The notes below the pieces were generated by a model that did not search any database, was not told where the DNA came from, and saw nothing but the letters and a program-made list of their open reading frames with translations. Shown here in pieces: positions 12,051 through 27,100 of a stretch of DNA of 64,000 bases (its first letter is position 1; each line of letters begins with the position of its first letter). A program made the position numbers and the translations under genes. Origin of the DNA: Perna viridis (taxonomy: Eukaryota); assembly GCA_037379345.1 (NCBI GenBank), contig CM074514.1, forward strand, positions 50,096,001-50,160,000, read 5' to 3'.

Positions 12051-14224
12051 CACACTGGACGCAACAAAAAGTGGACAACCATAAAAATAAAAGCTTTCAG
12101 ATTTATGATTTTACGAATTGAACAATGTCAAATTATATATCAACAACTTCTGACATTGCAAAACAACAAGGAGTTATATATATATTTAACTCCTTGAAAA
12201 CAACAAGAAAAGCTGCTGTGATCAAATCGTGTAAAAAATCGAAATTTATAAATGCAGTTGAAGCAGAGGGACTTGCTTCCACAATCAAATATGCAGCCTG
12301 CCTAGTATTTTAGTTGCGGGTTGTATATTTGGTAGTGGGAGCAATTAAGTACATGAGGTTGAAATGTTTAGAATTAACTTTTAGGATAGTAGTTGAGACT
12401 ATGTATGTGCCGATTATTGTATACACTAAATTAAGTTAACAAACTTACATTTGAATTTTAATAAATTGAAATAACATTAAAAGGTTTTTACTAAGTATGA
12501 AACTTGAAAAAAATATTAAAGAATTAGATATATTTGGGATTACTTGTTGTATTTGAAGTTTTTTCTTAAGGACGTATACTTTTTATTTTCAATATCTAAA
12601 TAATGAAACATTGCGTTCGAGTTGGACCTATTAACAAAAAATGCTAAAATTTACAGAAACACTCCCGCTTGATTCGTTTCTACAGTCTTGTTCATAACCT
12701 GGTCAATTGGAACTTGAACCAGTTTTTATCAGAATTGATATAGCAGTCTGTTAGCATCTACAACTATCTCGTACGCCACATCAGGATAATTCCTCGTTAA
12801 GGTACAAATGCAAATAATTTCTAAATTCATGTTATTTACAACAATAAACATTATATATGTTGATTAACAACGATCCAATTTTTAAATTAAAAATAATTGA
12901 CCTTTAACCTCTGAACAATACCTGTTGTTTACCGAATAAACTATGCATTTATTTTCGATATTCAAGATGTTAGACGCATTATTTAGCTAGGAAGCTAAAA
13001 ATAGTAATCAATTCTAGAGAGGAAAATATAAAGAGTACCACTCGAAAGAACTGTCTTAAATTCACATTTTATATATACTGGAGAGGATCCTAATATTTAC
13101 GAAAGGGGGCATGCAGTGATTTTGAGAAAGAAATGGGTTCCTGCAATTTATATTTATTTATTTTTGGCAAACAACGCAAACTTATAAACAAAAGAGTGAC
13201 ACAACCCATGAAATCATCTTGATGCATCCGTCAAATCGAGCCTTTGTTTGCTTTACACATACCGTGATGCTGAAAATTCTATTGTCGTATCCCATATCCC
13301 TGTGCACAAAAAACAAACATTAACAAAACAAAAACAAAAACGCCGAATTAGACAAACTTTAAGAACTGACATGTAGGTTGAAAACCAATTGTGTTATATT
13401 GCAAACAGTTTCGACCTGCATGAAGTTCCGACTTAAAAATGAAAAATTTAGAAACTGAAAAAGACAATCTGGTATATAGTTTATAGTTCATTTCATGGTC
13501 AATTATGTAAAATGATATCCAATAACTATAACCAGGTATTAAAATAAATGAATAAATAAATAATTATGAAAAGGAAGCTAACTGTCATATTAATTGCAAA
13601 GTTTGTATATTCAAATTCTTTGATCTCAGTTTCCGCTATAGAGGCTAAAAACCACTAATTCCACTTCCCATAGGCTTCTATGCTAATTTCACAATATTCA
13701 ATGGCTTCTCTGGACTTTACCTTAACTTTAACCTGCAGATGACTATATATCAGCATGATTCTACATATGTCAGCTCACAATCCTCAGAATGGCATGTGGG
13801 GTTAGCAGACTTGCAGTGCAGTACTGGTCACCGGAAGTGAAGGGTCTATAAATAGCATGGGAAATCCAAGTGTTTTCACAAGATAGGGGTAGATTTAAAA
13901 ATCATTATGGAGATTAGGCTTCACATCACAAGAAGCAAAATGCACCTATAAAATGTACAGAAATGTTTTTCCTTTCAGAAACTGTTTCAATTTTTTAAAT
14001 AAGATGAGAACTTTTTTCACAGCACTATGAGGAACAGGGGTAATTTCTGCGTAGGACTATTTTTGCGTACGTTCCAAATGCTCATTGGTTGAATTGGTGG
14101 TCTGTAACCTAGAGCTGACGTATTTTCGTTAAATGATCCTAGTTTTGGGATTGTTCAATGTGACATAGTTTTCCTTTCTTCTTTCGTCCAACCCAAACTT
14201 GGCTTTCATTTCGGTGGTCTAGAA

Positions 14225-14432
14225 AAGCAGAGGACGCTTACTCTACTGGTGCACATGGTCCATGCTCCCAGTTTTTAGTGGAGTCCGAGTTGCTCGTTTC
14301 CTTTTGTTGCTTTGTACGTCTTATTTTGGTTATTTTATGTTCTTTGTGTGTCCGTTTTCCATGTCTGGTCTTTGGGCCTGGATTGCATTCTTTTTATTTC
14401 CGCTAGAACCTTGGTTCCCTTGATATTCTTAC
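14225..14432 (+). mobile_element. 3' tail of the same Penelope-like family
   Basis: GTCCGAGTTGCTC...GGTCTTTGGGCCTGGATTGCATTC...CCGCTAGAACCTTGGTTCCCTTGAT matches 10661-10813. Further tails at ~25327-25424 (minus) and ~44856-44912. Confidence 0.6.
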
Positions 14433-15099
14433 TATGTAACGGAATTTTCTGGGTGATTACTGTTAATCGCACGTGATTAAAATCGGCGCCCAGTATTCTG
14501 CAAAATGCTTATTGACTTATATTGTAATTCAACAGCTTTTGTTTTATTTCTATATACTATTTAAATTGATAAATTTGTGTAGTTACTTATTCATAGATAT
14601 AACATTCATGTGCTTTAATAAGAAATAACACTTTTTCATATTTAGAGTCTAGAGTTTATTGAAATATTTATGAAAGTATGCTGAATTTCTGTTCACTTAG
14701 ATAATGGAAATTTTCCCGGCCCATAATTTATTTTCATGGTTTCGTTTAAATGTGAAAGGGTTAACTCCGTTTGAAACTGTTTTTCTAGGCTGATATGTGA
14801 CAATTGTTTTGCCAGTGCATTTCATAATTACAATCCCCGATATTTTTTGTTCAGTGTAGATCGACTATAAAAATGGATGTTCCTTTTTAGCGAACATTAT
14901 TATCAATTGTCCTTTAAGTTTTTCTTGAGGGTAATTAGTTGAACCGGAACCCACGTTGTTATGCGTGCAACAGGTGCGCATTGTATTGTAAACAACATGG
15001 CGGTAAAACTAAAAGTTTAGCCGGCCAATATTTTTTTGAGTTGAAAACTTTGCATAAGAAGCATTGCCAAAGTGGTGCATAGAAGAGGAATTTATCAAA

Positions 15100-15109
15100 A
15101 TGGCACAAT
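15100..15109 (+). CDS. WDR90: WDR90 exon 1 (MAQ + 1 nt)
   Basis: AAAATGGCACAAT|gtatga supplies the phase-1 base exon 2 needs; tiny exon, less certain. Confidence 0.6.
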
Positions 15110-18100
15110 GTATGAAATTGTTGGTTTTTCAGTCATGTGAACGAATGATAGGCAGTAAACAAACACTTTTGAATCATCAACATGCTAAAACTTGTCAAGT
15201 TTTGGTGAACATGGGCTTATTTTAGTAGCCATGATTTTATTTGATTGAAGGCATCAATTAAAAACTTAGAGATTTAATGAACAAAACACAAGACTTTCCC
15301 CAAAACACACTGTTTTTTTTTAAATAATTTCATGGTAGATGTGTAATTATACAACTACAAGTCAAAGTGCAAACAAAAAGAATACAGGACATCTCTTCCC
15401 GCACTGGCCTCAGTCACAGACATCTCAGATTGAGAGCACTCAGCCAGTGATCTACACTACTTGGCCTGAAAAATAACATTTACTGGAATTCGTTTTATTT
15501 CAATAATTGGTGAATTTAAATAGTATCCAAAAAAACATATTCATATATAATTTAGCTGTTAGTTTTAGTGATGAGATGTCACAGAGGATCACTGTGAATT
15601 TTTAAACAGCAAATGCCATAAATGTGTCACAGAAGTAAATAGCAAAGAAGTACAAACTCAATATAAAATTCACAAATATACTATAAAAATACCAAAGACT
15701 TTAAAAATGGTAGTCACTGCTTCTCTTTCAAGTACGACTGGTTTGCTTGGAGTCAGAATAATGTGTCTGGGTTGGCATGAATGCCTGCCGGCTGTTGCTT
15801 CTGTGAGCTAGCACAATAAGGAACTGGTTCAGCGTTTTGGACTAGTACAAAGCAAGGTCCGTTCAATTGATCAATCGTTCTTGTCCTGAAATGCATGAAA
15901 TATCTGCCAAAGAATGTTAAATGATAATCACTCAATGAAAATGTATCAGTTTGAGTATTCTCTTCATGGGCAGAGTGGTCACAATCTAATATGTCTGCAG
16001 ACATACATGTTGTATGTACGGACCCCAAATACTTGGGATAGGACCTTCATACTGTTATGATTTAAGCAGAATCTCCTTGCTTGTACTTTTGGGTAAATAA
16101 ATTCATATACATGTATGTTTAAACTAATCATAAGTATTGTGTACCTAGTTAATTTATTTTTTCTGTGTCAAACACAATTCTTCCACACTAAAAAGGAAGT
16201 ACCTGCAAATGTGTACTTCTGGAAAAATCCACTAAAATAAATCCATTTACAGCATTTCCAAGCTTTTTAAGAAAAAAAAAATGAGTAGTTTTCTTTATGT
16301 GTAAAATGTTTGAACCACTGAAATAGCAAGAATACCTAAATTGCAGGCTTTGTCAGGTAGAAAATGTTGGCCTTTATGTTTATTTTATGTTTACATTACC
16401 ACACAGATTTCTGGAGTGCCTTCATACATGTAGCAGGGGAATTTCAAGTCTTTTTCTGGCCATCTGGTCTTGTATATTTTACATAAAATTATTATCATCC
16501 TCAACACAATTTTCTGACTAATCATTTAAAATTTTTCTTTTGTACACATTTTGGTATACATTAAAACTGATAGACACTCTTGTGTCTCTTATTCACATTA
16601 GATATACATGTACATGTATATGCTTTCAGTGTGGCAACACCCCTACGTGAATGTTTTCAAGCATTTCAATCTACAATCATGGAAGAAGTCCACAAAAGAA
16701 GGGGAAGTAACTACTGCTATGGTAAGTTATAAGTTTTTTACCTTCTGTGAAGTGAACCAACACTGTGGTCTCAAGATACATGTACATGTAGCATGCTTGT
16801 CTGAAGGGTTTGATCCGTGACAAAGTCATACCAAAGACTTTAAAATTGGAAGTCACTGATTGGCTAAAAGTCTGGATAATGTGTCAGAATAAGCGACATG
16901 CCCATAAGGAGGGCTGTTGCTTTTGTCAGGTAGCCCATTTAAAATACAGTGTACTCCAACTCCATGAGTGGGTGGTTTATTTGAATTACCTTGTCTGTCA
17001 AAATTTCATTGCAATTATCTTCTTTTTTTTTTCAAATCAGGGGATGATGATGTCAATAATAATTGTCCAGTCTCTGTTTTAACAGTTGTGAATAAAATTA
17101 TAGAAAGACATGTTTTCAATACTTTCACAATTATGTGTCTGAAAACAATCTTATATCTACATGTCAGACAGGATTTAGATCTAAACACTCATGTGAAACA
17201 GTGTGGGGCTGTATATACATGGGACATCCATTTTTAAGCTATTATGGGTGCTGTCTGATTTACAAATGTAAGCTTTCATTACGAGTGGGGATGTACCTAG
17301 CACAACAATATGTGCAGCTTTGTTGTACTAGTACAAAGCAGGGTCTGTTTGACTGATGAAATGCACTGAAATTCATGAAATATTTGCATGCAGCAACATG
17401 GTAGAAAACAACAAACAATCTACACATGTATCAGTGGTGTTACTGTTTTTGTGTTTCTTGTGACATGTAACATGTATATTGATTAACAAGAAGTGTCTGT
17501 CAAGCCTTACAAAGTCGTCAACAGTATTGCATGACTGCGAATAGAAAAAAAAACTTATTGAGGCTATCTTAAAAAAAATCATCAGCACATATTTAAGTTA
17601 AAATTTTTATTTCAACACTACTTGTAAATAAAACCCCATGCTTTTATTTCATTTCAGGACAAAAACGTCAAGTGCTCAGTGTACAAAATATCTGGATCCA
17701 TTCCTGCAGGAAACTTCATCCAACTACCAAAGGCCCAGTCACAATCCCTCGGTTTGTCAGGCAGATATTTCTATCTCCTGTTTAAACCAATACCAACAAA
17801 ATATTTTGTTGTTCATATTGATGTTGCAACGCAAGACAATCTCATTGTTAGAATCTCTTTTTCCAACCTGTTTAAAGAATTCAAGTCAACATCGACATGG
17901 CTACAGTTTCCATTCCTCTGTAATGCTTCCAAAGGATCTGTGTCAGGTTATGCATCTGTAGGAAGTAAAGGTAAAAGTAAAAAAACCTGTCTAAACCACA
18001 CCCTGAAAAAATCTGGAAATCCTGTGTAAACCGGACCCTAATAAATCTGAAATCCTTGGTAAACCAGACATCTTTGGAAGTCAATTTAATGCATTTTAAT

Positions 18101-21100
18101 CATTTTAAATGGAATAACTGCCCAAACATTTAGAGTTTCCAGTGATTGGGAAATTTTTCAGAATGGACTTTTTTTCTGATGATTTCAGAATTTCAATGGA
18201 CTATTCAACATCACATTTCAGATTTTAATGGAACATTTTCAGCTGGAGTTAATGGCCCTTTTAATGCCAATCACTGAGTTCACATTATTCAGCTTTCATT
18301 ATAAAAAATATGGGAAAATTAGAAAATACTTTGTGCTATTTGTTAGTATTTTCTCAAGGTTTTTACAATCAAAAAGTCAAATCAAATTACCTGAAATTTA
18401 ATAATTTGGCTTAAACGGAAATAGTTGATGCCTGGTACATTGTATTTGAAGACTTGAGTGACACAATTCTGAAATAGAGAGCATTTTTCAAATGCTCTTA
18501 TAAATGTACCAGATAACCACCATTAAATGTTGACTAGTATTAGTTATAACATTGTCTTACAAAAATTGTGTGTAAATTTCAAATATGCTGTTGTCATCAA
18601 TTCATTTTTTGCTTTGTGCTTAGATGCATTTTAGATGTTAAGTATTCCTTTCTTTTCGATCCATTAGTATTATAAACTAGATGTTGTTATTCAAGTTGGT
18701 AATGAATTTTTTTCCCCCGTGAAAAGGAACAGTGGTAACAAGAAATTTTAGTTTTTGTTTTCTTTTTACAGACCATAGTGGCCCAGCTCCCATGTCGACC
18801 AGGTGGACTGTCCTGTGTTTAGATATGAACTATATCCTGTCCATGTATCTTAACAGAAAATTTTCATACACTAAAAATGTTAAACTTTGTGCTAATATGA
18901 TGGTGAAAAATATTGCTACAAGTGATATTTTGTATGAAGTTGGTAAGTAGTCTTAGAAACTTTTTTTTCTATTGATATTGATCAGCCACCATTTCATATC
19001 GACAATAAAGTACATTTAATGATTTTTACTAATTTTTACGTACTTCTGTTATTTAAGTAATTCACTACCTGACATCCCAGTTTTATCTCAATTGCTAATT
19101 ACTCTCACTTGCCCAAACCTTGTTTTTAACCCATTGTGCTAGGTTCTTAGCAAGTTCAGTCTACTTATGCAAGGTAAAATTTACTGCAACAATTGGTGGT
19201 AAAGAATTTCCACTGCTGAAACGTAAAATCCACAGAATATCTATTGCCATGCAGAAAAACAAACAAAAATAGAAAAAAGCAGAAATATTATACACTTGCC
19301 TTTTGAGACGTTGCTTTGGTTTACCAAAATCTGTACACTCATCCACACATTGAGTAAGAACTTAAATGTTTTGAGGCTTTTAATCATTTGACCCATTTTT
19401 TTTCTTTGTGGATTGATTAAGAAATCTTATTTTTATTTTTCATTGTTTTCAAATTTATTGAACATTAAATATAAAAAAGTTGGGACAGTCAGGCAGTTCA
19501 TGCACCACTGCATCAGTGTAGTTGTTTATTACAGGTTCTACCTGCTGTAAATTTATTGCTGTTACTTATTGTTTATACTGTTGAAGGTATGACTTATGAC
19601 CAAGCTAAGAAAGCTGGAAGGCTATCCAGTGATGTTACACCCATGCCCAGAGATCTTGCCTTCCCTGTAGGCAAAAGTGAAAAATGGGATGATCTGTATG
19701 ATCTGATAAGGTAAGGCAAACCACTATGTTGATGCGTTGGTTAGTATGGGACAACTGTGTGCAATTTTTGCCTAATGTTGTCTGCGTACAAACTGAATAG
19801 GTTTTTCTTCTTGTTTGCTCCCGTGTAAAATTTTAAGTTTTTGGGCAAGAACATGTTACCCTAGCTGCCCCTATCGTTTTTAGCTTTTGATGGACAAGCA
19901 CTTATTTCTAACACTGGTCCCAGTAAGTTCATGTCCACTACTAGAAACTACATAGGCAGAAGTTGATTTTAGATCTTTCGGGAATGACTACAGTATTATA
20001 CAGGATAAAAGATTCGACCTGCTATAACCTGGTTAAATCCATCATTTCCATTGGAAATGCTTGTCCCCCAATCTGGACCATTGGGTGGTTTCTGAGTTTC
20101 TGATTTTTACCTTGACATTGCCATTTGTTGCACAAACATTCCATTTTGACTATTATTTTTGATTATTGCCTAGAGTGTATCAGTCTGGTTATTTTGTAAT
20201 TACCCTTCATTGCATTAGAACTGGGTATTGAGAGAGAGGATCTGATAGATCAATTATTTTTTGTTTTCAAAATCACTTACATATACATGTATCCAGAGAT
20301 TCATACAAATTATGAATACATGTGAATGTAGTATAAATGGTTCAGTGTTTTGTTATTTTGACAGATTTCCTAATGAAGGAACCAGAAAGCCATTTGATTC
20401 CATTCAGTTTGAAAATATTGAAAACTCAGCAGGTAAGTCAGTGTTTTGTGAGGTTTCATGTTTCTATTTGATTAATTACTAAACTTAAAAATTTAAGGTC
20501 TAAGTTGTATGGAGCAATGAACCTTGAAATTGTAGGGTTCAAGACCGTTGGGACAATGAACCCTACATTTTCAGGGTTTAAGTCAGTTGGAGCAATAAAC
20601 CTTGAAAGTCTAGGATTCAAGTCAGTTGGAGCAATGAACCTTGAAAGTTTATGATTTAAGTCAGTTGGAGCAATAAACCTTGTGAAGGATTTTGAAAGAA
20701 CCCTCGTAATAGGAAATACCCTTTTCATGTGTGCAGGCCTATTGACTGCTTCCCAATTTCACTCTTATTAAAGTTATATTTCAATTCTACTGGTACATTT
20801 TAGTTGAGCAATTTTTCATAGCATGATGAACTTTATAATTTAGGGATTGTGCATCATGTCATTTACTGGACTGATACAGGTTGTACAACATATTCAATAA
20901 TGTTATATGTTTTTTTCAGAAGAATCTTCTATTAACTCATCCCATCGTGTATCTCCCAAGAAAGTGGACGTCAGTAAATGTGTATCTGAGAGAATCTCAA
21001 TTATTCACAATATGACTAAACCAAAACCAGTAAGTTTTCAGTTCTACATTTAAACAGATAATTTTCTCCTTTTTACTATACAGACTGTTTTAACCTGCTC

Positions 21101-24100
21101 TGATTTATTATACTCCTGCTCCTAATGAGAGTGGTATACTGTTATACCCTTGTCCATGTTTCCGTCCATAACTATTTTTATTAGTTTTTTTTATCCATGA
21201 ATAAGTAAAATGTTTGATTTTTTATAAAACTAAATCACAATGATACAAATGTCCGTTATGTAATTTAATTGTGAAGTTAAATAATATATAACTGGAATTT
21301 AACTGACTATCAGATTTTCACAAGAGGCCAAATAAAATTGTAATCATAAAATTCATTTTGACCTAAAGAAGATTGAGATTATTGAGTTGCCCAAGTACTC
21401 TACTGATTGCAAAATTTAGCTTCAAGGAAAATAAAGTACGGGTGTAAAATATTTGTTCTGATAAGGGCTATTCCAGAAATAAATTAGGGGGAGGTTAGGA
21501 GACTCTGAAACATCTAAAAATCTGTCAAACCAAACTCTGAAACATTTAAAACCTGTCTTAATCAAACTGTAAAACCAGTTTACTTTTTAAAGTCTCTTTA
21601 TTTCAATGAAAACTTATTACCTGTCTAAATGGAAGACAATTTGTGACCCAAAAAGGGATCAGATTAGATAAGTTTAACTGTGTAAATAGTAATATATGTT
21701 TTCACATCGCTTGAAAAATTTTAAAAGGTTAATACTTTAAGGAAAAAAAGAATGATTTTTTCCCATATATGATGATCTGTCTTTGTTCTAGATATATCCT
21801 TATCATAATTATTAAATTTTATTTCAAATGACAGAAGCCGATGAAAAGGATACAAGTGACAAAAGAACTACCGATGATTGGAGTAGACAATGTTGACATT
21901 CACCGAGATGAGGAAGGCGAGATCCATGTATTCGCTCATCCTACTGACGATGTTGTTATACATCAAGATGATAAAATTTCTGGAGAGGTAAAATTTTGAT
22001 TAATTATATCATCAAAAGTGTTCTTTTTTTGTTTTTGCTTATTTTTATGGATTCTGTATAGGGAAAAGTTTATATTGTAGCATTATTAAGGAGTTCTTTT
22101 TCACATTGCTTAATTTTGTGGATTTCTTGATAAACTATTTGTTGGCAACCAAGTATTTTTGTAATTTAACATTAAAACATCATTAAATAATAATAAGCCA
22201 CTCCTTGGTTGGATTTGACAATAAATTTGTTCTAAAAGAAAAATACATCTTACCAGGTTAATGTTGTGTAGGCTTATATTCACCCATTTGCTTTTGTCAT
22301 ATATTTAAGCCAAATTTTTGGAACTAGTATGAAATATTTGAAACTGATTTCTACCCATGTAGACTTTAATACACAAATATAAAGCTGTGAATATTGTCTG
22401 ACATTAGAAACTTGTTTTAGATGCAACAGACTGCCCTCTCAGAAATTGCAAGAATCTTTCAATGTCAGGAAAAATGACTTTTGTTATGCTTAGTTATCTG
22501 GTTATCAAATGACAGATGATTTGAATATTGTGTGATTATTTTCAAAGGCCTGTATGGAGCAGAAAGTAAGATAGAAGCAAATGTGTAACATGAAATATAT
22601 ATCCAGGCCTTTTTTTTCTTTTATTTTTCAGTCAGTGAATGTTCAGAAAATACAAGGAAATGCATATGTTCCTGCTATGAAGCCAAACTATACGGTAACA
22701 ATCTAATACATATGAAGTCAAAAAACCAAAAAGAAAAAAATAGTATAGAATCAACATTCTGTGTGCTCAATCTTAATACATAAAAATTCCAGAAACCTTT
22801 TAGTTTTAAAGGCCAATGGTGACAGAAGAAAAGTTTGCATAGTAAAAAAGACAACTGAAAAATAATGCTATTCTTGTAGATTTTAATCTGCTGCACTTAT
22901 CTTGTCTGTCTAGTATAATTTATTCAAATAATTCATTCATTTGTACTAAAAATTATATACATGCATGTTTTCTTCCAGTATTGACAACTCAATTTTTTTA
23001 TTGTCTACCCATTTTATTTAAGTTTACCATTTAAAATTGATTTAGGCTCCAGGAAGCCTGTAATTTTGCACCCATGTTGTTAGGGTTAATCATCGAATCT
23101 TTATTTTGCAGGCTTTAGAACCTGATCCCATTATGAAACTGAGGAGAATTGTAGGTTTTGGTGGAGCTACCTTCAAAGATGTAAGTCAACTTTAATCTGT
23201 CTTTGTATTACTTATATTATACATATGCTTGTGAAGTTTATTGGATTGTACATCTTGTTTATTCTTAAAAAAAGATGTGGAAATTTGATATCATGCAGAA
23301 GAAAAAAATTAAAAGTATCTAAGTTGATACCTACATGTATGTTTATAATTGTAACTTTTTCATACATTGCAGTGTCAAAACTTCTTTAGTCTTAGACATC
23401 ATTTTTGTTACCAGTACCATGTTGCACTTATTCCTAATTTCAGTACTATAACTATATTGATTTTCACAAGTTCTGTGAAGGGAGCATATATTTCTTTTCC
23501 TGATGTTCTCTAGCACTTTCAATTAAAAGACAGGGTATAATATAAATGAGTTTTACCGATAAACAGAAGCTTCTAAAGTAAATGTACCATTGTACAAGAA
23601 ACTGCTTTTTAACATTTTAGTTAGAATTAATATTTATTTACAGGCACTGTGGTCTGTAGATGGGTCCACTGTGGTATACCCCTGTCATGCTGTTGTTGTA
23701 GCCATGAAGGTTTCTAATGGTCATCAGAGATTCTTCATTGGACATACTGACAAGGTAAGCATGGGAGGTAACTATATCACAATGTGATTTGACATGCTGA
23801 CAAGGTAGGCATGGGAGGTAACTCTATTTTTATGTTATTGTTGGTACTGTGTAGGCATTTGAGGTAACTTTATCTTACAGCACACACAATGATGATGTTT
23901 TGGGAATATCTTTATTCAGTTATTGATTAAAGACAATATCCTAATGAATATCCTGACAATTTTTGTTTGTAATGAATCTATGCCCCAGAATCCCTACCCA
24001 TTCAGTTGGATTTTCCACTGATAGATTATTGTACCCCTCAATGAAATTCTGAGATTATTTAAAAATGATATTTTAATTTTTTTGTAGGTGTCATGTATCA

Positions 24101-27100
24101 GTATGACTGGGACCAGTACAATGTTAGCATCAGGCCAAACAGGGAATCTGAGTGTTGTCCGAGTGTGGAAGTTTAATACTGGAGAATGTTTAGCCATGTG
24201 TAAAACACATGTACATTCACTCAACTGTCTGAGGTATGATCTTATGCTAGATTAAAGGTTTTGTGATATTTGGGCAGTGTGATAAAACATTAGTAAAAAC
24301 ATTACAGAATAAAAAATACAATAAATGTAACCTAATTTTTCCTGAAAATTAATTTTATAGATGAGGTTTCAAATAAAAAAGTGCTAAATCATTTTAGCTC
24401 ACCTAGCTCAAAGGGTGATTTAAAAACTTTGTTGGTGAATAAGAGATAAAATTGCAGTCTTTGTTATTTTAAAAGTTAAGATGATATTTTTGTTCTTCAT
24501 GGTAGTTATGCACACAAAGGAAATATGCTGTGTGGTGTTGGGAAAGACAGTCAAGGTAAAAATGTAAGTATTTTTTAATGCATACAAGTGTTTTCAATTT
24601 TCATTGCTAAACTTTCAAATAATTTGTTTTCATAGTCCAAACTTCATGGAAATATCTTATCTCATTATAGTAACTGCACAATTCAGGAAATGTAATGTAT
24701 TCTGTTAAAGAGTTGAACTTGTATGTTACAAATCTGGTAAAGGCAACACTTCTTGCACCTAATTAGTTTTTAATTCAACTTAATGAGTTGGTTAGTTATT
24801 GAGTGAAGACAGCTTGGCATTTTTAATTTCTTGCAAGGGGAGGTAACCCAACTTACAGACTTAAATACTTTAAATTCAAAACTTGAACTAAAGTGGAGCC
24901 GGATAATTTTCTTCGATAATAAGCTCTCTCACAGTATTTTTAGTTTGAATTGCTACAAGTTATTTATAACTTCCTATGACAACCAAAGTAAAGGTCAAAT
25001 AAATACACTATATTTTTTATTGCAGATGGTGGTTATTTGGAACACCTCTAGAGTTATGAAGAACAGAGAGATATCTGTGACAGCTAAAGCTCACACAGAT
25101 GTTGACATTGTACGACTAAGAGTGTCTCCATTTGATGATACTAGGTAATAGAATAGAAGAATACTAATGAAAACTTTTGTCATGTGATATTTATTTCGTC
25201 AGAAGCAAAGTATCACTACCTTCATATGTAATGTGAAGAACCATACTGATTATTAAGATCAATGGTCAATGTCTTGAAAAGAATTTGTACACAGCTTAAT
25301 GTTTCATGCATTGCATTATCTGTGCAAGAGTAATCAAGGGAACTTAGATTATAGAGGAAATCAAAAGGATGAAACCCAAGGCCAAAGACCAGAATAGGAA
25401 AACAGACATACACAACCAAGAACATTTTGTAGTTTATTAATTGAAGTGAATATGATCCCTAATGTCTGTTTCTAGAATGGCTTCCTGCGGACGGGATAAC
25501 ATCAGATTATGGCGAGTGAAGGAGGGCCAGCTCCGTTCAGCACCTGTCAACCTCGGTGAATACCATTCCATGGAGTTTACTGATGTTGCTTTTGAAGCAG
25601 GTTATCATGCCGACAGAGATCCATCAGATAGACTTGTGTAAGTTTGGACAATATTTCCTTCTTTGTAACTTTTGAGAGGTCAGGCTAAAGAAAGGAAAAA
25701 GGACAGTCCTAAGTACAATAGTATTTCCTAGGGATTTAAAAGAAAATTGTTAATATTTGTTTGTTTAATTGTACCAAAAACTATATTTCATTATTAAAAC
25801 TTTTTACAACTTTGTTTTCCATCTGAAGTGAATAGAAAATAAATGAGGAATTCCATTTTGATTTATAGCTGTATTACATGTATGAAAATAAAATGCAACA
25901 ACCTTATAGATGATATAGATGATATAATGATACAGTATATTAATTCATGCTAACGGGATGATGGACAGCTAAGGGCGGGAAGTGGGATTCATTGGATGAT
26001 TTCTTTTCATTGTCGCTTTTTGAAATTGGGGAGGAATGTGGAATCTGCTACCCTTCCTGTTCATCCCTAATTAAATAGCTGTCTTTATCAAGGAAAAATA
26101 GTCATAGACATTTCATACATTTATCTGTGCCCTTATCACAACAAGTCAGGGATGCATAGTTTTATCTTTGTCTATCATTTTGTCATCCTGCAACAAACGG
26201 TTTTACAGACTTTTATTCCTAAACATTTGTTTTTATTTTAGTTATGCATGTAGTAGATCAGGACACATCTTTGAGATAGAGTTGCAGAAAGTTGCCATAC
26301 GCCATGTCAGACGATTATTGCCTAATACGAGTAAAACAAAAGATAAAGATAAACAAACTTTCAGATCAGGTAATTGTTTTATGAATGGAAGTAATATGAA
26401 ATACTTGAGGCCAACTAAAATGATTTTCTTGTTTCTCTTTTAGATACTGTTACAAATTTTATTGTTTGGGTACCTATTTAAATATTCTTTTTTGTGTTTC
26501 AGTCAAATCGTGAATTCCTAACAAATGTAAAATTTCAATTGAAAACTTTAATGGTCTTATGAACTCAAATAATTAAGAAATTCACAAACGAAAAAAATTG
26601 ACACCAATAATCAAAAGTATGGCCTATGTAATATCATGTTTAATACATTATCATATATAGAAGTATGGCCTATGTCATGTCATGTTTAGTATACATTATC
26701 GTATATAGAAGTATGGCCTATGTCATATCATGCTTAGTGTACATTATAGTATATAGAAGTATGGCCTTTTCATATCATGTTTAGTACACATTATTGTATA
26801 TAGAAGTATGGCCTATGTCATATCATGTTTAGTATACATTATCATATATATTATCGTATACATTATCGTATATGTTTTCAATACTGAAATAAAGTTGAAT
26901 TCATATTTTGTTTAAAAAAATAACAGAAAACTTGCATTTCACTATCATTTTCCATGTTTCACGGTGCATTAAACAACCTCTGTGTGACTTCCTATTTACA
27001 TTTAAAGAATGTTATTTTTTAGGTCCAGGTATAGGATTAAACTGTATGTCTGTGAATGAGACTTTCTGTGTCACTGGTTCAGATGATGGATACCTCAGAC

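Noticed and set aside
11566-12197. Phe/Val/Cys-rich 'membrane' ORFs
   Set aside because: Artefacts of T-rich low-complexity tracts.
14997-15002. ATGGCG|gtaaaa as WDR90 exon 1
   Set aside because: Gives phase 0, but exon 2 needs phase 1; the ATG at 15100 fits.
17350-17385. Other CTGATGA occurrences as hammerheads (also ~38572, ~39571)
   Set aside because: They lack properly paired stems and the GAAA...NUH arrangement.
18140-18276. Small CAGTGATTGG...CCAATCACTG inverted-repeat element
   Set aside because: Only a 10-bp TIR and no convincing target-site duplication; not enough to classify.
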